Counted from the stretch's first letter, positions 8,242 to 17,966 are shown. The stretch: DNA of 64,000 bases from an uncultured Candidatus Saccharibacteria bacterium (GCA_964353135.1 CAYGTV010000002.1:67204-131203); one strand, 5' to 3'. The notes: generated from the letters alone by a model not told the origin. Numbers and translations are program-made.

Positions 8242-8475
8242 TTAATTTGGGTGATATGCAGATCTTATGAAACAAAATGTCAGTGGCCAGTAGGTAATAA
8301 CCACCATCGCTGCCAGATAACCAACCAACTCGCCCCTGTAGTATTCGTCAAATTGATTCTGCCAGAAAAATTTAATCTCACCGGTCACAAAAAGTTTCCA
8401 GTAGAATATCATTTTCCCAAATACGTAGATGAGCGCGATTGCGAGAATCAGCCACCCTATCAAATCATTTTGCAT
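8242..8475 (-). CDS. Small hypothetical membrane protein (77 aa, 2 TM)
   Basis: ORF with two hydrophobic helices. Confidence 0.35.
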   Translation of the reverse strand: MQNDLIGWLILAIALIYVFGKMIFYWKLFVTGEIKFFWQNQFDEYYRGELVGYLAAMVVITYWPLTFCFIRSAYHPN

Positions 8476-8805
8476 GTGATCCTCCGTTGGTTTCTACCTG
8501 CGCCTTGAGTGGGCAGAAGGCAACGGACGATCCTAGTCGTAGTAAATCAGAAAATATAATTAAATCAAATATTTAGTCGAGGGGTGATTTGTATAAGCCC
8601 GCATAAAGAAAAGTGTCCGCAAGGGTGCTTTTCTTATTTTTTTGGTGGAGGGAGAGTAAAGCGTGGAGCGCTTTACGCAGGGATTCAAAGCCGCATTGAG
8701 ATAGTTTGGATTCGACAGGCGAACAAAGTATCCAGGGTGGATACTGATCCTGTAAGGATCGAATCACTCTACTAACCCTAAAATCTGTGTTAGCCTTTTC
8801 AGTCC
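8476..8805. other. 330-nt non-coding region with several stable hairpins; candidate small RNA(s) of unknown class
   Basis: Hairpin AAGAAAAG-(loop with GCAA)-CTTTTCTT followed by a T-run; GTAAAGCG-TGGA-CGCTTTAC; GGATTCGAC motif; no ORF. Confidence 0.2.
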
Positions 8806-9252
8806 ATGAATTGCTATACTTATAAAATGAAACACTTACAAGAATTACCGGTAAATACCAGGATTATTATCAGCTCGCTATGGACCGCGATGCTGTTTGT
8901 TTACGCATACATTGATATATTTGCATTTTTTAGAGCCGACGTACTAGAAAACGCACTAGCTGGGAAAGTATTTATTTTTGAAGCCAATCAGCTCTTTTTT
9001 ATTTTCACTACGATATACGTTTTGATTCCAATCAGTATGATAGTTCTGACGTTGGTAGTAAGAGCAAACATTACAAAAATTTGTAACTTAATTATTGCAC
9101 CATTATATATTCTCACTATTGTTGGATCGATGGTTGGTGAAACCTGGATGTATTTCTTGATGGGAAGCACTGCAGAAATCATTATCTTGTGCACCATTAT
9201 ATATCAAGCTACAACCTGGCCATCCACAAAACCAGAACCGATCACTGATTAG
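8806..9252 (+). CDS. Hypothetical multi-pass membrane protein
   Basis: 148-aa ORF with 4 predicted TM helices. Confidence 0.45.
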   Translation: MNCYTYKMKHLQELPVNTRIIISSLWTAMLFVYAYIDIFAFFRADVLENALAGKVFIFEANQLFFIFTTIYVLIPISMIVLTLVVRANITKICNLIIAPLYILTIVGSMVGETWMYFLMGSTAEIIILCTIIYQATTWPSTKPEPITD

Positions 9253-9253
9253 C

Positions 9254-9288
9254 AAAACAAAAAACCGCTCTTGCGGTTTTTTGTTTAC
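9254..9288. terminator. Bidirectional terminator AAAACAAAAAACCGC/GCGGTTTTTTGTTT
   Basis: Inverted repeat between convergent genes. Confidence 0.5.
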
Positions 9289-9301
9289 CTTCTCTTTTTC
9301 G

Positions 9302-9568
9302 CTACTTCTTTGCTTTGACGATCCGGGCAGTCAGTCGTGACTTTTTTCGAGCAGCTGTGTTTTCTTTGATCACGCCTCGTTTTGCTGCTTTGTCGATTGC
9401 TTTGTAAGCAGACGGTAGTAGTTCTTCTGCTTTTTTGATGTCGCCTGCTAGAACAGCTTTATCAACTGACTTGGTAACATCTTTCATTGCTGACTTACGT
9501 CGAATATTGAACACTTTTTTGCGTTCTGATCCTCGTAGTGCTTTTTCGGCTCCTTTAGTAATTGGCAT
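9302..9568 (-). CDS. rpsT: 30S ribosomal protein S20
   Basis: 88-aa basic protein, MPITKGAEKALRGSERKKVFNIRRKS... matches the S20 family. Confidence 0.85.
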   Translation of the reverse strand: MPITKGAEKALRGSERKKVFNIRRKSAMKDVTKSVDKAVLAGDIKKAEELLPSAYKAIDKAAKRGVIKENTAARKKSRLTARIVKAKK

Positions 9569-9762
9569 AAATATATTTCTCTATAGTGGCGGTACTGTAC
9601 CGTATTGATATGGAAAAGGCAAGCCCTCCCAAGCTTTTTTAGTCGTGAATGTTTTGGTACTTATATAACTAGGTCGTGTCCAAATTACCACTTAAAAAGC
9701 CTAGGTGGGCAAGGGTTTTGGGCGCGTGTTTCAAACTATAATCTAGTACAATAGGAAGTACC

Positions 9763-10335
9763 ATGATTCGCCAGTTACGAGGAGAAATAACTCATATTGA
9801 AGAGAATGCACTCATTGTGGATGTAAATGGAGTTGGATACCTGGTCTACACTCCAACCAACACAACTGCCCATACACTGTATGCAGAAACATTGATGCAT
9901 ACGTATCTAGCGGTACGTGAGACGGCGCTTGATCTATACGGATTCTCATCGGTCGTCGAGCGCCGTTTGTTTGAGCTACTACTGAGTGTTCCAAAGATTG
10001 GACCAAAATCGGCCCTTGATGTGATGTGTAAAGCCAGCCCTACCCTCTTGATTGAACAGATCGCCACTGGTGAACCAGTTCAGCTGCAAAAGCTGTCAGG
10101 TATTGGCAAGAAAACGTGCGAAAACATCGTCAATCATCTACACGAAAAACTGGGTGATCTGGCTGAACACATCACCCCAACCGGACCACTAGACAGCAAG
10201 CAGGCAGACGCAATTGATGCGCTGGTTGCACTGGGCTACGATGTGGCATCAGCTCGCGAAACTGTAGCGTCACTCAACACCGACGACAATTCCGTCAACG
10301 ACATTATCACCAAAGCCTTACAAAAATTACCGTAA
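9763..10335 (+). CDS. ruvA: Holliday junction branch migration complex subunit RuvA
   Basis: MIRQLRGEITHIEENALIVDVNGVGYLV N-terminal OB domain; HhH region; about 190 aa. Confidence 0.85.
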   Translation: MIRQLRGEITHIEENALIVDVNGVGYLVYTPTNTTAHTLYAETLMHTYLAVRETALDLYGFSSVVERRLFELLLSVPKIGPKSALDVMCKASPTLLIEQIATGEPVQLQKLSGIGKKTCENIVNHLHEKLGDLAEHITPTGPLDSKQADAIDALVALGYDVASARETVASLNTDDNSVNDIITKALQKLP

Positions 10336-10339
10336 TACT

Positions 10340-11626
10340 ATGAGCGACTTCAGACAAACTGTTAAAAAAATTATCCCGAAAAAAGTATTTACTTTTTTCC
10401 AACCAGCTTACCACTATGCTCTGGCTTATATTGGTGCTGTGAAATACCGACACCCATCACGCGATATTGTTGTAATCGGAGTTACCGGTACAAAAGGAAA
10501 ATCAACTACCACCGAAATACTCGCGCAAATATTGCGCGGCGCTGGATACAAAACCGCTTCACTTTCAACTATTCAGTTTACTTACGGTGAAGAAGTTGAA
10601 CGGAATCTATTTAAGATGACCATGCCAGGACGGTATTTTACCCAGCAGTTTTTGCGCCGGGCGGTTGATGCCGGCTGTACGCACGCCGTAATGGAAATGA
10701 CATCAGAAGGTGCCAAACAATACCGACATAAATTTATCGATGTTGATGCTCTACTGTTTACCAACCTTACCCCAGAGCACATCGAATCACACGGCTCGTT
10801 TGCAAACTACAAAGCAGCCAAATTGCGACTAGCTCAAAATGTAGCCGATAGTCCAAAACGACCACGTACCTTAGTGGCAAACGTCGATGATGAGCACGGT
10901 CAAGATTTTCTTAATTTTGAAGTTGAGCACATCCTCCCCTACCGACTCAACAATCTGACCTTACACTCACTGCAAAAAGATTCAGTGACAATGGTGATCG
11001 GAGGAGTGACTATCCGCGTGCCAATCGTTGGAGTATTTAACGTGTACAACACCCTAGCGGCAATTACCTATGCAAGATCGATTGGGATTTCACTTGAATC
11101 AATCCGTGAAAGCCTGGCAAAATTACCACCAGTGGCTGGACGAGTCGAACAATTTCATTCACCCTCAGGTGCCACAAAGAAAATCACCGCAGTTGTCGAC
11201 TACGCCCACACACCCGATTCACTGACCCAGCTATACCAAGCGTTTGCAAATAAATACAAAATTGGAATCCTGGGGAACACCGGTGGTGGGCGTGACACTT
11301 GGAAACGACCTGAGATGGGGGCGATTGCCGAGCAGTATTGCGACCATGTCATTCTCACCAACGAGGACCCATATGATGAAAACCCTCAATCTATAGTCGA
11401 CCAGATGCGCGACGGAATGAGTGAGGGAGCACCGGTTGAGATCATAATGGATCGCCGGTCAGCTATTAAACACGCCATCAACATCTGCCCAGAAGGTGGC
11501 TATGTGTTGATCAGTGGAAAAGGTACCGATCCATACATCATGGGCCCAAACGGCACCAAACAAGAGTGGAGTGACGCGCAAGTGGTGCGAGAGCTACTTG
11601 GTGAACTTGCTCTAGCTACCGACTAA
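10340..11626 (+). CDS. Mur ligase family protein (MurE/MurF-like catalytic and C-terminal domains, no N-terminal domain)
   Basis: P-loop VIGVTGTKGKSTTTEIL; Mur ligase middle-domain and C-domain motifs; 428 aa. Confidence 0.6.
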   Translation: MSDFRQTVKKIIPKKVFTFFQPAYHYALAYIGAVKYRHPSRDIVVIGVTGTKGKSTTTEILAQILRGAGYKTASLSTIQFTYGEEVERNLFKMTMPGRYFTQQFLRRAVDAGCTHAVMEMTSEGAKQYRHKFIDVDALLFTNLTPEHIESHGSFANYKAAKLRLAQNVADSPKRPRTLVANVDDEHGQDFLNFEVEHILPYRLNNLTLHSLQKDSVTMVIGGVTIRVPIVGVFNVYNTLAAITYARSIGISLESIRESLAKLPPVAGRVEQFHSPSGATKKITAVVDYAHTPDSLTQLYQAFANKYKIGILGNTGGGRDTWKRPEMGAIAEQYCDHVILTNEDPYDENPQSIVDQMRDGMSEGAPVEIIMDRRSAIKHAINICPEGGYVLISGKGTDPYIMGPNGTKQEWSDAQVVRELLGELALATD

Positions 11627-12605
11627 ACAAATTGTAGAACCGATCCTGCAAATTGATCATCCAGGCGTCATTTAAAAATGACGTTGATATATGGATGTAT
11701 GTCATAACCACAAATAGCTGCAGATTGAGTAGAAGATACGCCAAGTCCGGGGTATCTGGCTGAAAAAAATAGTACGCGGCCAGTACAAACGGAGCAGTCG
11801 CTAACACGTTGTGAAAAATAAAAGTCCAATACACCTTTACTCCCCGTTTCTTCATTTCAACCAGATAAAATAGCAACCAGGTCATAAAGTGGTACCCAAC
11901 CACAAACACGTACATATAAATATAAGCCGGTGGTCCATACACAGACACCAAAGTAGTAGTACCGACAATCACCAACAGTAAAAAGATTGTTAATTTTGTG
12001 AACCTATACTTTAGCCACGCTATGAATAGTGTCAGTAGACTCAATCCAAACCCAACCCAAAAAATCTGACTAAAGGCTGCAAGTCCGAGGTAATACTCTT
12101 CAAATATAAATGTCACTGCCATAGTACTGACGTTAGCAAACTGAAGATTCTGATCAAAGAAAAAGGTTTTATCGGGCACTGAGTAGGTTAGTAGCGCAAT
12201 CACAAAAATAGCCAGTGCACACAAATGTAACAAAGGGACTATGTAACCCGTTTGTCGTTCAATCAACGTTTGTTCGTTAAGTAAGCCGTGGAGTAAAAAA
12301 TATAAAAACCCGATAAACAACGCCGCCACAAACCCGACAAAATAAAACAGGGTGAAAGAGAGTCCAATCGAAAATAGTGTTAAAAATATAAATGATCCGA
12401 CATACTGCCAGGGGTTTGGTTTTCTAAAAAAACCTTTGATCTGGTAGTAAAAACCAACTAAAAAATGCCCGTAGCCAAACACAATAATTGCCACCAGAAT
12501 CGCTTGCCATTGCTGGACACTGTTTCCAAAAATCGCATATGTCTGGGCAATACAGATAATTACCCCCAGAAAACTATATAGCTTATTTGCAATGTAGGTG
12601 GTCAT
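11616..12605 (-). CDS. Hypothetical polytopic membrane protein
   Basis: About 9 predicted TM helices; no motif recognised. Confidence 0.4.
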   Translation of the reverse strand: MTTYIANKLYSFLGVIICIAQTYAIFGNSVQQWQAILVAIIVFGYGHFLVGFYYQIKGFFRKPNPWQYVGSFIFLTLFSIGLSFTLFYFVGFVAALFIGFLYFLLHGLLNEQTLIERQTGYIVPLLHLCALAIFVIALLTYSVPDKTFFFDQNLQFANVSTMAVTFIFEEYYLGLAAFSQIFWVGFGLSLLTLFIAWLKYRFTKLTIFLLLVIVGTTTLVSVYGPPAYIYMYVFVVGYHFMTWLLFYLVEMKKRGVKVYWTFIFHNVLATAPFVLAAYYFFQPDTPDLAYLLLNLQLFVVMTYIHISTSFLNDAWMINLQDRFYNLFSR

Positions 12606-12606
12606 A

Positions 12607-14103
12607 TTATCTGGGTATTTCGGTTATCCGTAGTTGCCAGCCATCACCATCAGTCACAATGTCTGGGACAGACACCTCGCCTGTTGGTGTAAACACTTGC
12701 GATGATACCCCATTTCCAGCACTTACGATGTACTGCTGATTCCAGATCGCTTGCACCCGTAACATGCTGGTCAGCTGACTCCAAAGTGAGTACGGCTCAT
12801 TAAACCAAGCATGAGAAACTGGGTGAGCAATAAATGGCACACTCCCCCGCTCACTCAAAACAGTTCGCACCCCCCACGGCGATACACTTTCAAAACAAAA
12901 CAGCATTCCTGGTGAACTATCGGCATGACCACTTTGATCAATGTTTGAGCCAACTGCAAACGCCACCGTTTTTGCAAACTGGTCGACCACTTCATCACGA
13001 CCAAATAACTTCAGTACCTTCATATATAAGGTTGGCATAAATTCACCCTGCGGAACCAAATAGCGTTTGTGTGACTGGTCAATAATACTCTCTTGTCCAT
13101 TGTAGACAAACGATTGTATAACCGCTTTCTCATCATCATCCGCTCGACCACTATCGACAATGACTGTTTCTGCTCCACCAGAACGAAACGCAAACTGGGC
13201 AGCAACTAGGCTCGGTTTACTTTGCTGATCAAAATAGCGCGAGTCCTCGGGTAAAACAATATAATTAGGTTCCATACCAAGCGCGGTTTGCACCGCAAAC
13301 TCTAACTGCGCTTGCGCCTGTTCTCTTCCAGTACTCGTTCGCAATTGATCCAACTTAAAATCAGTATCGACCACTGCCACTGTGTAGGGATCTTTTGTAG
13401 GGCTACTATCAGGTAGTGAAATAAAGCTAGTAATAAATACCAGAACTAGCAGCGCGACTATGTATCCCTTATTTAGTTTCAACGATAGTACGTACAGGAC
13501 CATCACGCTAATTGCCACCATGAGCACACCAAGTGAATATACCCCTGCAATCTGGGCCGCCTGAATTAACAACGGGTGGGCAGCTAGTAGGTACCCCACA
13601 TAACCAAAACTAAAAGCAGTAGTAACCGATCCACCGGGACCAATTGTGATGATTGAAAAAATAAGCGAGCCGAACATTTCACTGGCAATCCACAGAAACG
13701 GAATTGAAAGATATGTAACTACAAGCGACGTGTGTTTTTGTAGTAACCTACAACCAATAGCGAACACTATCCCCGCACTTCCCAGCCACAAAGCAGCCGT
13801 GCTCCACCAGAAAAAAATTAAAATCAGTTGTATATATCCTAAATCAATTCCTATCCATTCAATTGGATACACACTCCAAAACCAAACAAGTGACAGGGCT
13901 GACTTGGTTGTCCAAGCGAGCAAACTACCAAGGACTACGTGTTTAAGTTCAGACTGTCGTAATGCTAGATAAATCGTAGACCCGATACCAGCGATCCCTA
14001 AAAACCAAACCACCGGAATGACAAAACCAATTCCAAGCAACAGCCCGGTGACTGTCCACTGCAGCAACCAACTATTTTTGAAGTAGGTCATGATATATAA
14101 CAA
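12607..14103 (-). CDS. lnt: Apolipoprotein N-acyltransferase-like (Lnt family): polytopic N-terminus plus a carbon-nitrogen hydrolase domain
   Basis: TM-rich N-terminus; IVLPEDSRYF (E), HKRYLVPQGEFMP (K, Lnt KxxLVPFGEY-like), LFCFESV (C) matching the CN-hydrolase E-K-C triad. Confidence 0.6.
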   Translation of the reverse strand: MLYIMTYFKNSWLLQWTVTGLLLGIGFVIPVVWFLGIAGIGSTIYLALRQSELKHVVLGSLLAWTTKSALSLVWFWSVYPIEWIGIDLGYIQLILIFFWWSTAALWLGSAGIVFAIGCRLLQKHTSLVVTYLSIPFLWIASEMFGSLIFSIITIGPGGSVTTAFSFGYVGYLLAAHPLLIQAAQIAGVYSLGVLMVAISVMVLYVLSLKLNKGYIVALLVLVFITSFISLPDSSPTKDPYTVAVVDTDFKLDQLRTSTGREQAQAQLEFAVQTALGMEPNYIVLPEDSRYFDQQSKPSLVAAQFAFRSGGAETVIVDSGRADDDEKAVIQSFVYNGQESIIDQSHKRYLVPQGEFMPTLYMKVLKLFGRDEVVDQFAKTVAFAVGSNIDQSGHADSSPGMLFCFESVSPWGVRTVLSERGSVPFIAHPVSHAWFNEPYSLWSQLTSMLRVQAIWNQQYIVSAGNGVSSQVFTPTGEVSVPDIVTDGDGWQLRITEIPR

Positions 14104-14590
14104 TACCAGCTGTGGTGGCGACGTTCAGCGACTCTTTTACACCCAACATCGGCAGACTCACCACAACATCACATATCTCCATAGTATCTGCTTCTACCCC
14201 TACCACTTCGTTACCTACAAGATACGCAACTTTCTCTGGTATAGAAAATTCTTTAAGTGGTATCGAACTCTCAGATAGCTCCACTGCAGCAACAATAAAT
14301 CCTTCTCCTTGCAGTTGTGCAACTACTTCCACGCTACTTCCAAATTGCTCCCAGGGAATTACATCTACGGCACCGAGTGATGTTTTTACAATCTCTGCCT
14401 GTGGTCGACCAAAGCGATCAATCGGTGTTGGTGTATATCCAACTAGGAAAATTTTATCAACCCCCGCTCCGTCAGCGGTGCGAAACATAGCTCCTACATT
14501 GTGTGCACTTCGTATGTTTTCGAGGATAAGATATTTCATTTCTAGTAGATTACCAGAAGCATAGTCAAAAACGTTTGATTTTAAAATCAA
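14072..14590 (-). CDS. SpoU/TrmH-family RNA 2'-O-methyltransferase
   Basis: NIRSAHNVGAMFRTADGAGVDKIFLVGYTP SPOUT motifs; about 170 aa. Confidence 0.75.
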   Translation of the reverse strand: MILKSNVFDYASGNLLEMKYLILENIRSAHNVGAMFRTADGAGVDKIFLVGYTPTPIDRFGRPQAEIVKTSLGAVDVIPWEQFGSSVEVVAQLQGEGFIVAAVELSESSIPLKEFSIPEKVAYLVGNEVVGVEADTMEICDVVVSLPMLGVKESLNVATTAGIVIYHDLLQK

Positions 14591-14619
14591 AAATGTTATA
14601 GTTTCGCCACAAAAAACAT

Positions 14620-14692
14620 GCGCCCTTAGCTCAGTTGGTAGAGCGGCTCCCTTTTAAGGAGATGGTCCAAGGTTCGAGCCCTTGAGGGCGCA
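14620..14692 (+). tRNA. tRNA-Lys (anticodon TTT)
   Basis: Acceptor GCGCCCT/AGGGCGC, D-arm GCTC-AGTTGGTA-GAGC, anticodon loop CTTTTAA, T-arm CAAGG-TTCGAGC-CCTTG. Confidence 0.85.
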
Positions 14693-14697
14693 CAGCA

Positions 14698-14724
14698 AAA
14701 GAATCCCTGTGGGGATTTTTTGTT
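14698..14724 (+). terminator. Terminator hairpin AATCCC-TGTG-GGGATT followed by TTTTTTG
   Basis: Directly downstream of tRNA-Lys. Confidence 0.5.
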
Positions 14725-14938
14725 TGTGCGCCCTCAGCAAAGTTCATAACTTTGCGTAAGGGCTCGAAAAGAGCGAGTATATCGCCCGGAACGAAGTGAG
14801 GACGATTCGAGTGTCGGGGTCGCGTCGCACAGTAGTTTCAAGTTCAAAGAACGTAGAAAGTACTGATGCAAAGGTGACCGAGCCTCACGTAAATATACTT
14901 AGTGATTCGTGACCACAGTACGCCCAAATCCAAAGCAT

Positions 14939-15634
14939 TTACCCCCTCCCCATCAACACCACCCGAAACACATTCCCCACCACCCCAATCAACAACCCAA
15001 GCAGCAGCAACCCGACAAACCTAGTCAGCACAAAAAAGAATTCACCCAGGGCTGTAACTGGTTCCACCACTGGTATGCCCGCCATGAACACCTTGAGCGA
15101 CCACCACATCCCCGCTGGAATACTTACAAATGCGGCAGTAGTTGGTTCAACCAAATACATCGCCGTACCTGTCACCAGTAATGCAAACGTGAGCGTTACA
15201 AAATAAATCAATACGTTCAACGATAGAACACTCATACTATTTTCATCTGTGACATTGCTTCTAGTAACTTTTGCCAGACGTAACATGCGAAGCAACCTAA
15301 TGATCCGTAGCGCCCGGGCTGATTTGAGGAAGGTAAAGTTACCAAGCCCTAGGAAGGTGGGCAGAATTGCCACCAAGTCGATGTACCCAAAAAAACTCGT
15401 CGGGTATTTCCAGGCTGGTTTACTCGCGACTGTTCGACCAATGTATTCAACCGTAAACAAAAGTACCGCCACCCATTCAATAATTAAAAAAGTCTGACTG
15501 TGTTGCTCTAGCGACGGAACTGTTTCCAGCACCACCGCCACAATCGAAATAATCGTCAGCAAAGCAAAAAAGTCGTTCACATAGTGGGATGTCTTTCCTT
15601 TCTCATCAAAGGCTTGTTGTGCGAGTTGCTTCAT
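14939..15634 (-). CDS. Voltage-sensor-containing ion transport (ion channel family) protein
   Basis: S4-like ARALRIIRLLRMLRLAK; pore-helix-like IPAGMWWSL; no canonical TVGYG filter. Confidence 0.5.
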   Translation of the reverse strand: MKQLAQQAFDEKGKTSHYVNDFFALLTIISIVAVVLETVPSLEQHSQTFLIIEWVAVLLFTVEYIGRTVASKPAWKYPTSFFGYIDLVAILPTFLGLGNFTFLKSARALRIIRLLRMLRLAKVTRSNVTDENSMSVLSLNVLIYFVTLTFALLVTGTAMYLVEPTTAAFVSIPAGMWWSLKVFMAGIPVVEPVTALGEFFFVLTRFVGLLLLGLLIGVVGNVFRVVLMGRG

Positions 15635-15650
15635 ATAAAAAGTGTACCAC

Positions 15651-16355
15651 TTACTTTCCTCCTAACACCCACTGCTCTAGTGCCAAATCAATATCACGAA
15701 TCCCTGCGTGTCCGGCGTGATACAGCTCGATGAGCGACTGGGAAAGATGTGTGACTTCTCCCGGAGCGAATTTAGAAAGTGAGCGTTTTGCTTTGTTATA
15801 GGGAAAATCTTTCATCCCGGCTTCAGCCGCATTCCTAGTTACTTCCGCCAGGCGCAAGGCTTTTAATTGCCACCATAAAATCCCAATCAGTTCTTCAGGC
15901 GCCGAGCCAGCTGCTTTGGCTTCTTGGAGTAGCACCCAGAGTTGCCGACGATCCTTGCTCGCTAGAGCATCAGCCATCGCAAAGGTATTAAAATGTTCAC
16001 TTTTTTTAGCTGTGAATTCTTCTACCGTTGTCGCGTATTTTCCGTACGACTTTTTAGCTGGGGCCAACAGTGCTCTTTCAAGAATCAAAAACGTATTACC
16101 AGACTCGCTCATTTCCTTGAGGTTATTTTTTACCTCTTCAGCGAAATCAGCATTGTCAGCTGGCGTATCGATCACAAACCACTCTTCCCCGCCAAACAGT
16201 GATGAAGCACCTAGTGCATCTGCAATCTGTCCAACAGCATAGCTATTAGCATCGAGTGTGGTGAGCGTTCCTTCTTGTGACAGATTTGTGTCGGCAAAAG
16301 CAGTCGCGGCATCACGCACTTTCTGTCGATCGGTTCCATAGTAAATATGCAGCAT
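15651..16355 (-). CDS. holA: DNA polymerase III delta subunit-like (HolA)
   Basis: MLHIYYGTDRQKV N-terminus and C-terminal FAMADALASKDRRQLWVLLQEA...ELIGILWWQLKAL resembling HolA domain III. Confidence 0.5.
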   Translation of the reverse strand: MLHIYYGTDRQKVRDAATAFADTNLSQEGTLTTLDANSYAVGQIADALGASSLFGGEEWFVIDTPADNADFAEEVKNNLKEMSESGNTFLILERALLAPAKKSYGKYATTVEEFTAKKSEHFNTFAMADALASKDRRQLWVLLQEAKAAGSAPEELIGILWWQLKALRLAEVTRNAAEAGMKDFPYNKAKRSLSKFAPGEVTHLSQSLIELYHAGHAGIRDIDLALEQWVLGGK

Positions 16356-16385
16356 ATGTGTGTATTGTACTCGAGAAGGTGTAGA

Positions 16386-16413
16386 TTGACAAAAGTATAT
16401 TTTTAGGTATAAT
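16386..16413 (+). promoter_or_regulatory. Sigma-70-like promoter TTGACA-16 nt-TATAAT upstream of the 16447 gene
   Basis: Exact consensus hexamers read from the sequence. Confidence 0.45.
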
Positions 16414-16446
16414 ATAGTTTAATCTAACCTATTAGGAGCACTTGAA

Positions 16447-16866
16447 ATGCGCGCACTTGTACTTTCCATCCTTCTTCTTGCCCCTTCATTTTCGCATGCA
16501 GACGAATATGACTGGTTTGAAGAAGACTCTTCTGTCAGTATAGTTATATACGGCCTAAATGAATCAGAATGCTTGCAGGAGTACTTTTCTGCAAAAAACC
16601 ATCTTCTCCAAGAATATGGAGTGGATATGGGTTGGTTTGGGGTTGACGATCATTTTGAAATATTGATCAGAGACTCCATGCCGGAGAAGGCATTCCAAGG
16701 ATTTGGATCTCAAGAAATTTGGGACTGGGTCGGTTTAACCAAAGATGCTACCGAGGGTGAGATCAATGATGCGTGGTGCATTAAAATGCGCCGCCATTAT
16801 TCCTCCATCTTCACTTCAGAATCAGATTCGACGTGGACTAAACTCGTTGATCTCGTAATGAACTAA
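16447..16866 (+). CDS. Small secreted hypothetical protein (signal peptide)
   Basis: N-terminal MRALVLSILLLAPSFSHA signal; strong promoter upstream. Confidence 0.45.
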   Translation: MRALVLSILLLAPSFSHADEYDWFEEDSSVSIVIYGLNESECLQEYFSAKNHLLQEYGVDMGWFGVDDHFEILIRDSMPEKAFQGFGSQEIWDWVGLTKDATEGEINDAWCIKMRRHYSSIFTSESDSTWTKLVDLVMN

Positions 16867-16935
16867 TACAGCCCTGGAACAATCCGTTCTCGGGCTGTTC
16901 TACTTTTTACCTAAAATTACTTCAAACTTTCAAAA

Positions 16936-17928
16936 CTAATCTGTTTCTTTATTTTGAGTTTTATCAACCTGATACTTCTCATTCAAAATTTGAGCAGTAA
17001 GTCCTGATTTTTCATAGATTGCAGCCTCGTGACCGGCATCTTTGTCAACGTACATCACGTAAGAATCAATAACTGTCTCCAGGGCATGATCCATAGCTTC
17101 TCGAGAATTTGTATCAAACCCGATTTCAGTTTCAATTTTTTCTGGAGAAAACGTCCTATCTTTATTAGCTGTTACCAGTATTGTCTTGGTTTGATGATCT
17201 TCGTCTAGAGCCTCTTGGTTAGACTTGAGTGACTCTAATATCGGAATAATATCTGAATTCACAATCCCTGGAATTTCCTTGGTTGCACGATAGATAGGTT
17301 TTTTAGTAATCTCTGTTCCGGTTAGGACTGATTTCATTACTGAACCCATGCGAGTCAGTTCACCAGGTTTAGTAAACGCTCGTTTGGTATTGGTCACTTG
17401 CTGCTCTGCGAGTCCTGCCACCGTACGCCCAACCAACGCACCGCGAGTGTCTTCACCGTGCATACCACCAGGGTTATTTAAAACCAAATCTTCCGCCAGA
17501 CCTGGTCGCAAAGCAGCTATGACTGAAGCAAGAATTGCTCCCTGTGAGTGACCAATAAAATCAGCTCGATCAATACCGGCTGCTTCTAACACCTGGATTA
17601 TTTCTGCAGCTTTACTTTTTATAGTGTCAGAAATATCGAATGCCTCCAAAGCATCAATGTCACCCTGCTCCATCTCTATACCTTTTAGAGGATTCATAAA
17701 TAGTACCTTTCGTCCAGAATCAAACAGATCTTCAACTTCAGCCCGGTATTCTTCTGCACCGGCACCAAATCCACCCAAAAATACCACCCATTGCTCTGAA
17801 ATAATCTCCTCAGGTTTTACTGAAACGAATTCAAGCAACCGCCCGTCAACCTCAACTTTTTGAGAAACAAACTGCTCATCAAATCCCGCTGATACCTGTT
17901 CCTGATCTGTGTGTGACTCAATGCCCAT
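16936..17928 (-). CDS. Alpha/beta-hydrolase fold esterase/lipase
   Basis: Nucleophile elbow GHSQG (FIGHSQGAIL). Confidence 0.6.
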   Translation of the reverse strand: MGIESHTDQEQVSAGFDEQFVSQKVEVDGRLLEFVSVKPEEIISEQWVVFLGGFGAGAEEYRAEVEDLFDSGRKVLFMNPLKGIEMEQGDIDALEAFDISDTIKSKAAEIIQVLEAAGIDRADFIGHSQGAILASVIAALRPGLAEDLVLNNPGGMHGEDTRGALVGRTVAGLAEQQVTNTKRAFTKPGELTRMGSVMKSVLTGTEITKKPIYRATKEIPGIVNSDIIPILESLKSNQEALDEDHQTKTILVTANKDRTFSPEKIETEIGFDTNSREAMDHALETVIDSYVMYVDKDAGHEAAIYEKSGLTAQILNEKYQVDKTQNKETD

Positions 17929-17966
17929 AATTACTTTTTATTGTATTAATACTTTCACCATACTAC

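Noticed and set aside
7933-8245. ORFs 7952-8245(+) and 7933-8133(-)
   Set aside because: They overlap the tRNA-Ser gene and its terminator, so they are spurious.
8476-8805. tmRNA or RNase P RNA in the 330-nt intergenic region
   Set aside because: The GGGGTGATTTG and GGATTCGAC motifs resemble tmRNA 5' elements. However, no T-arm/CCA-proximal 3' end or plausible tag reading frame is present. The AAGAAAAGTGTCCG...AAGGGTG segment resembles RNase P P4/CR-II, but no complementary 3' P4 strand exists. Kept only as a generic ncRNA candidate.
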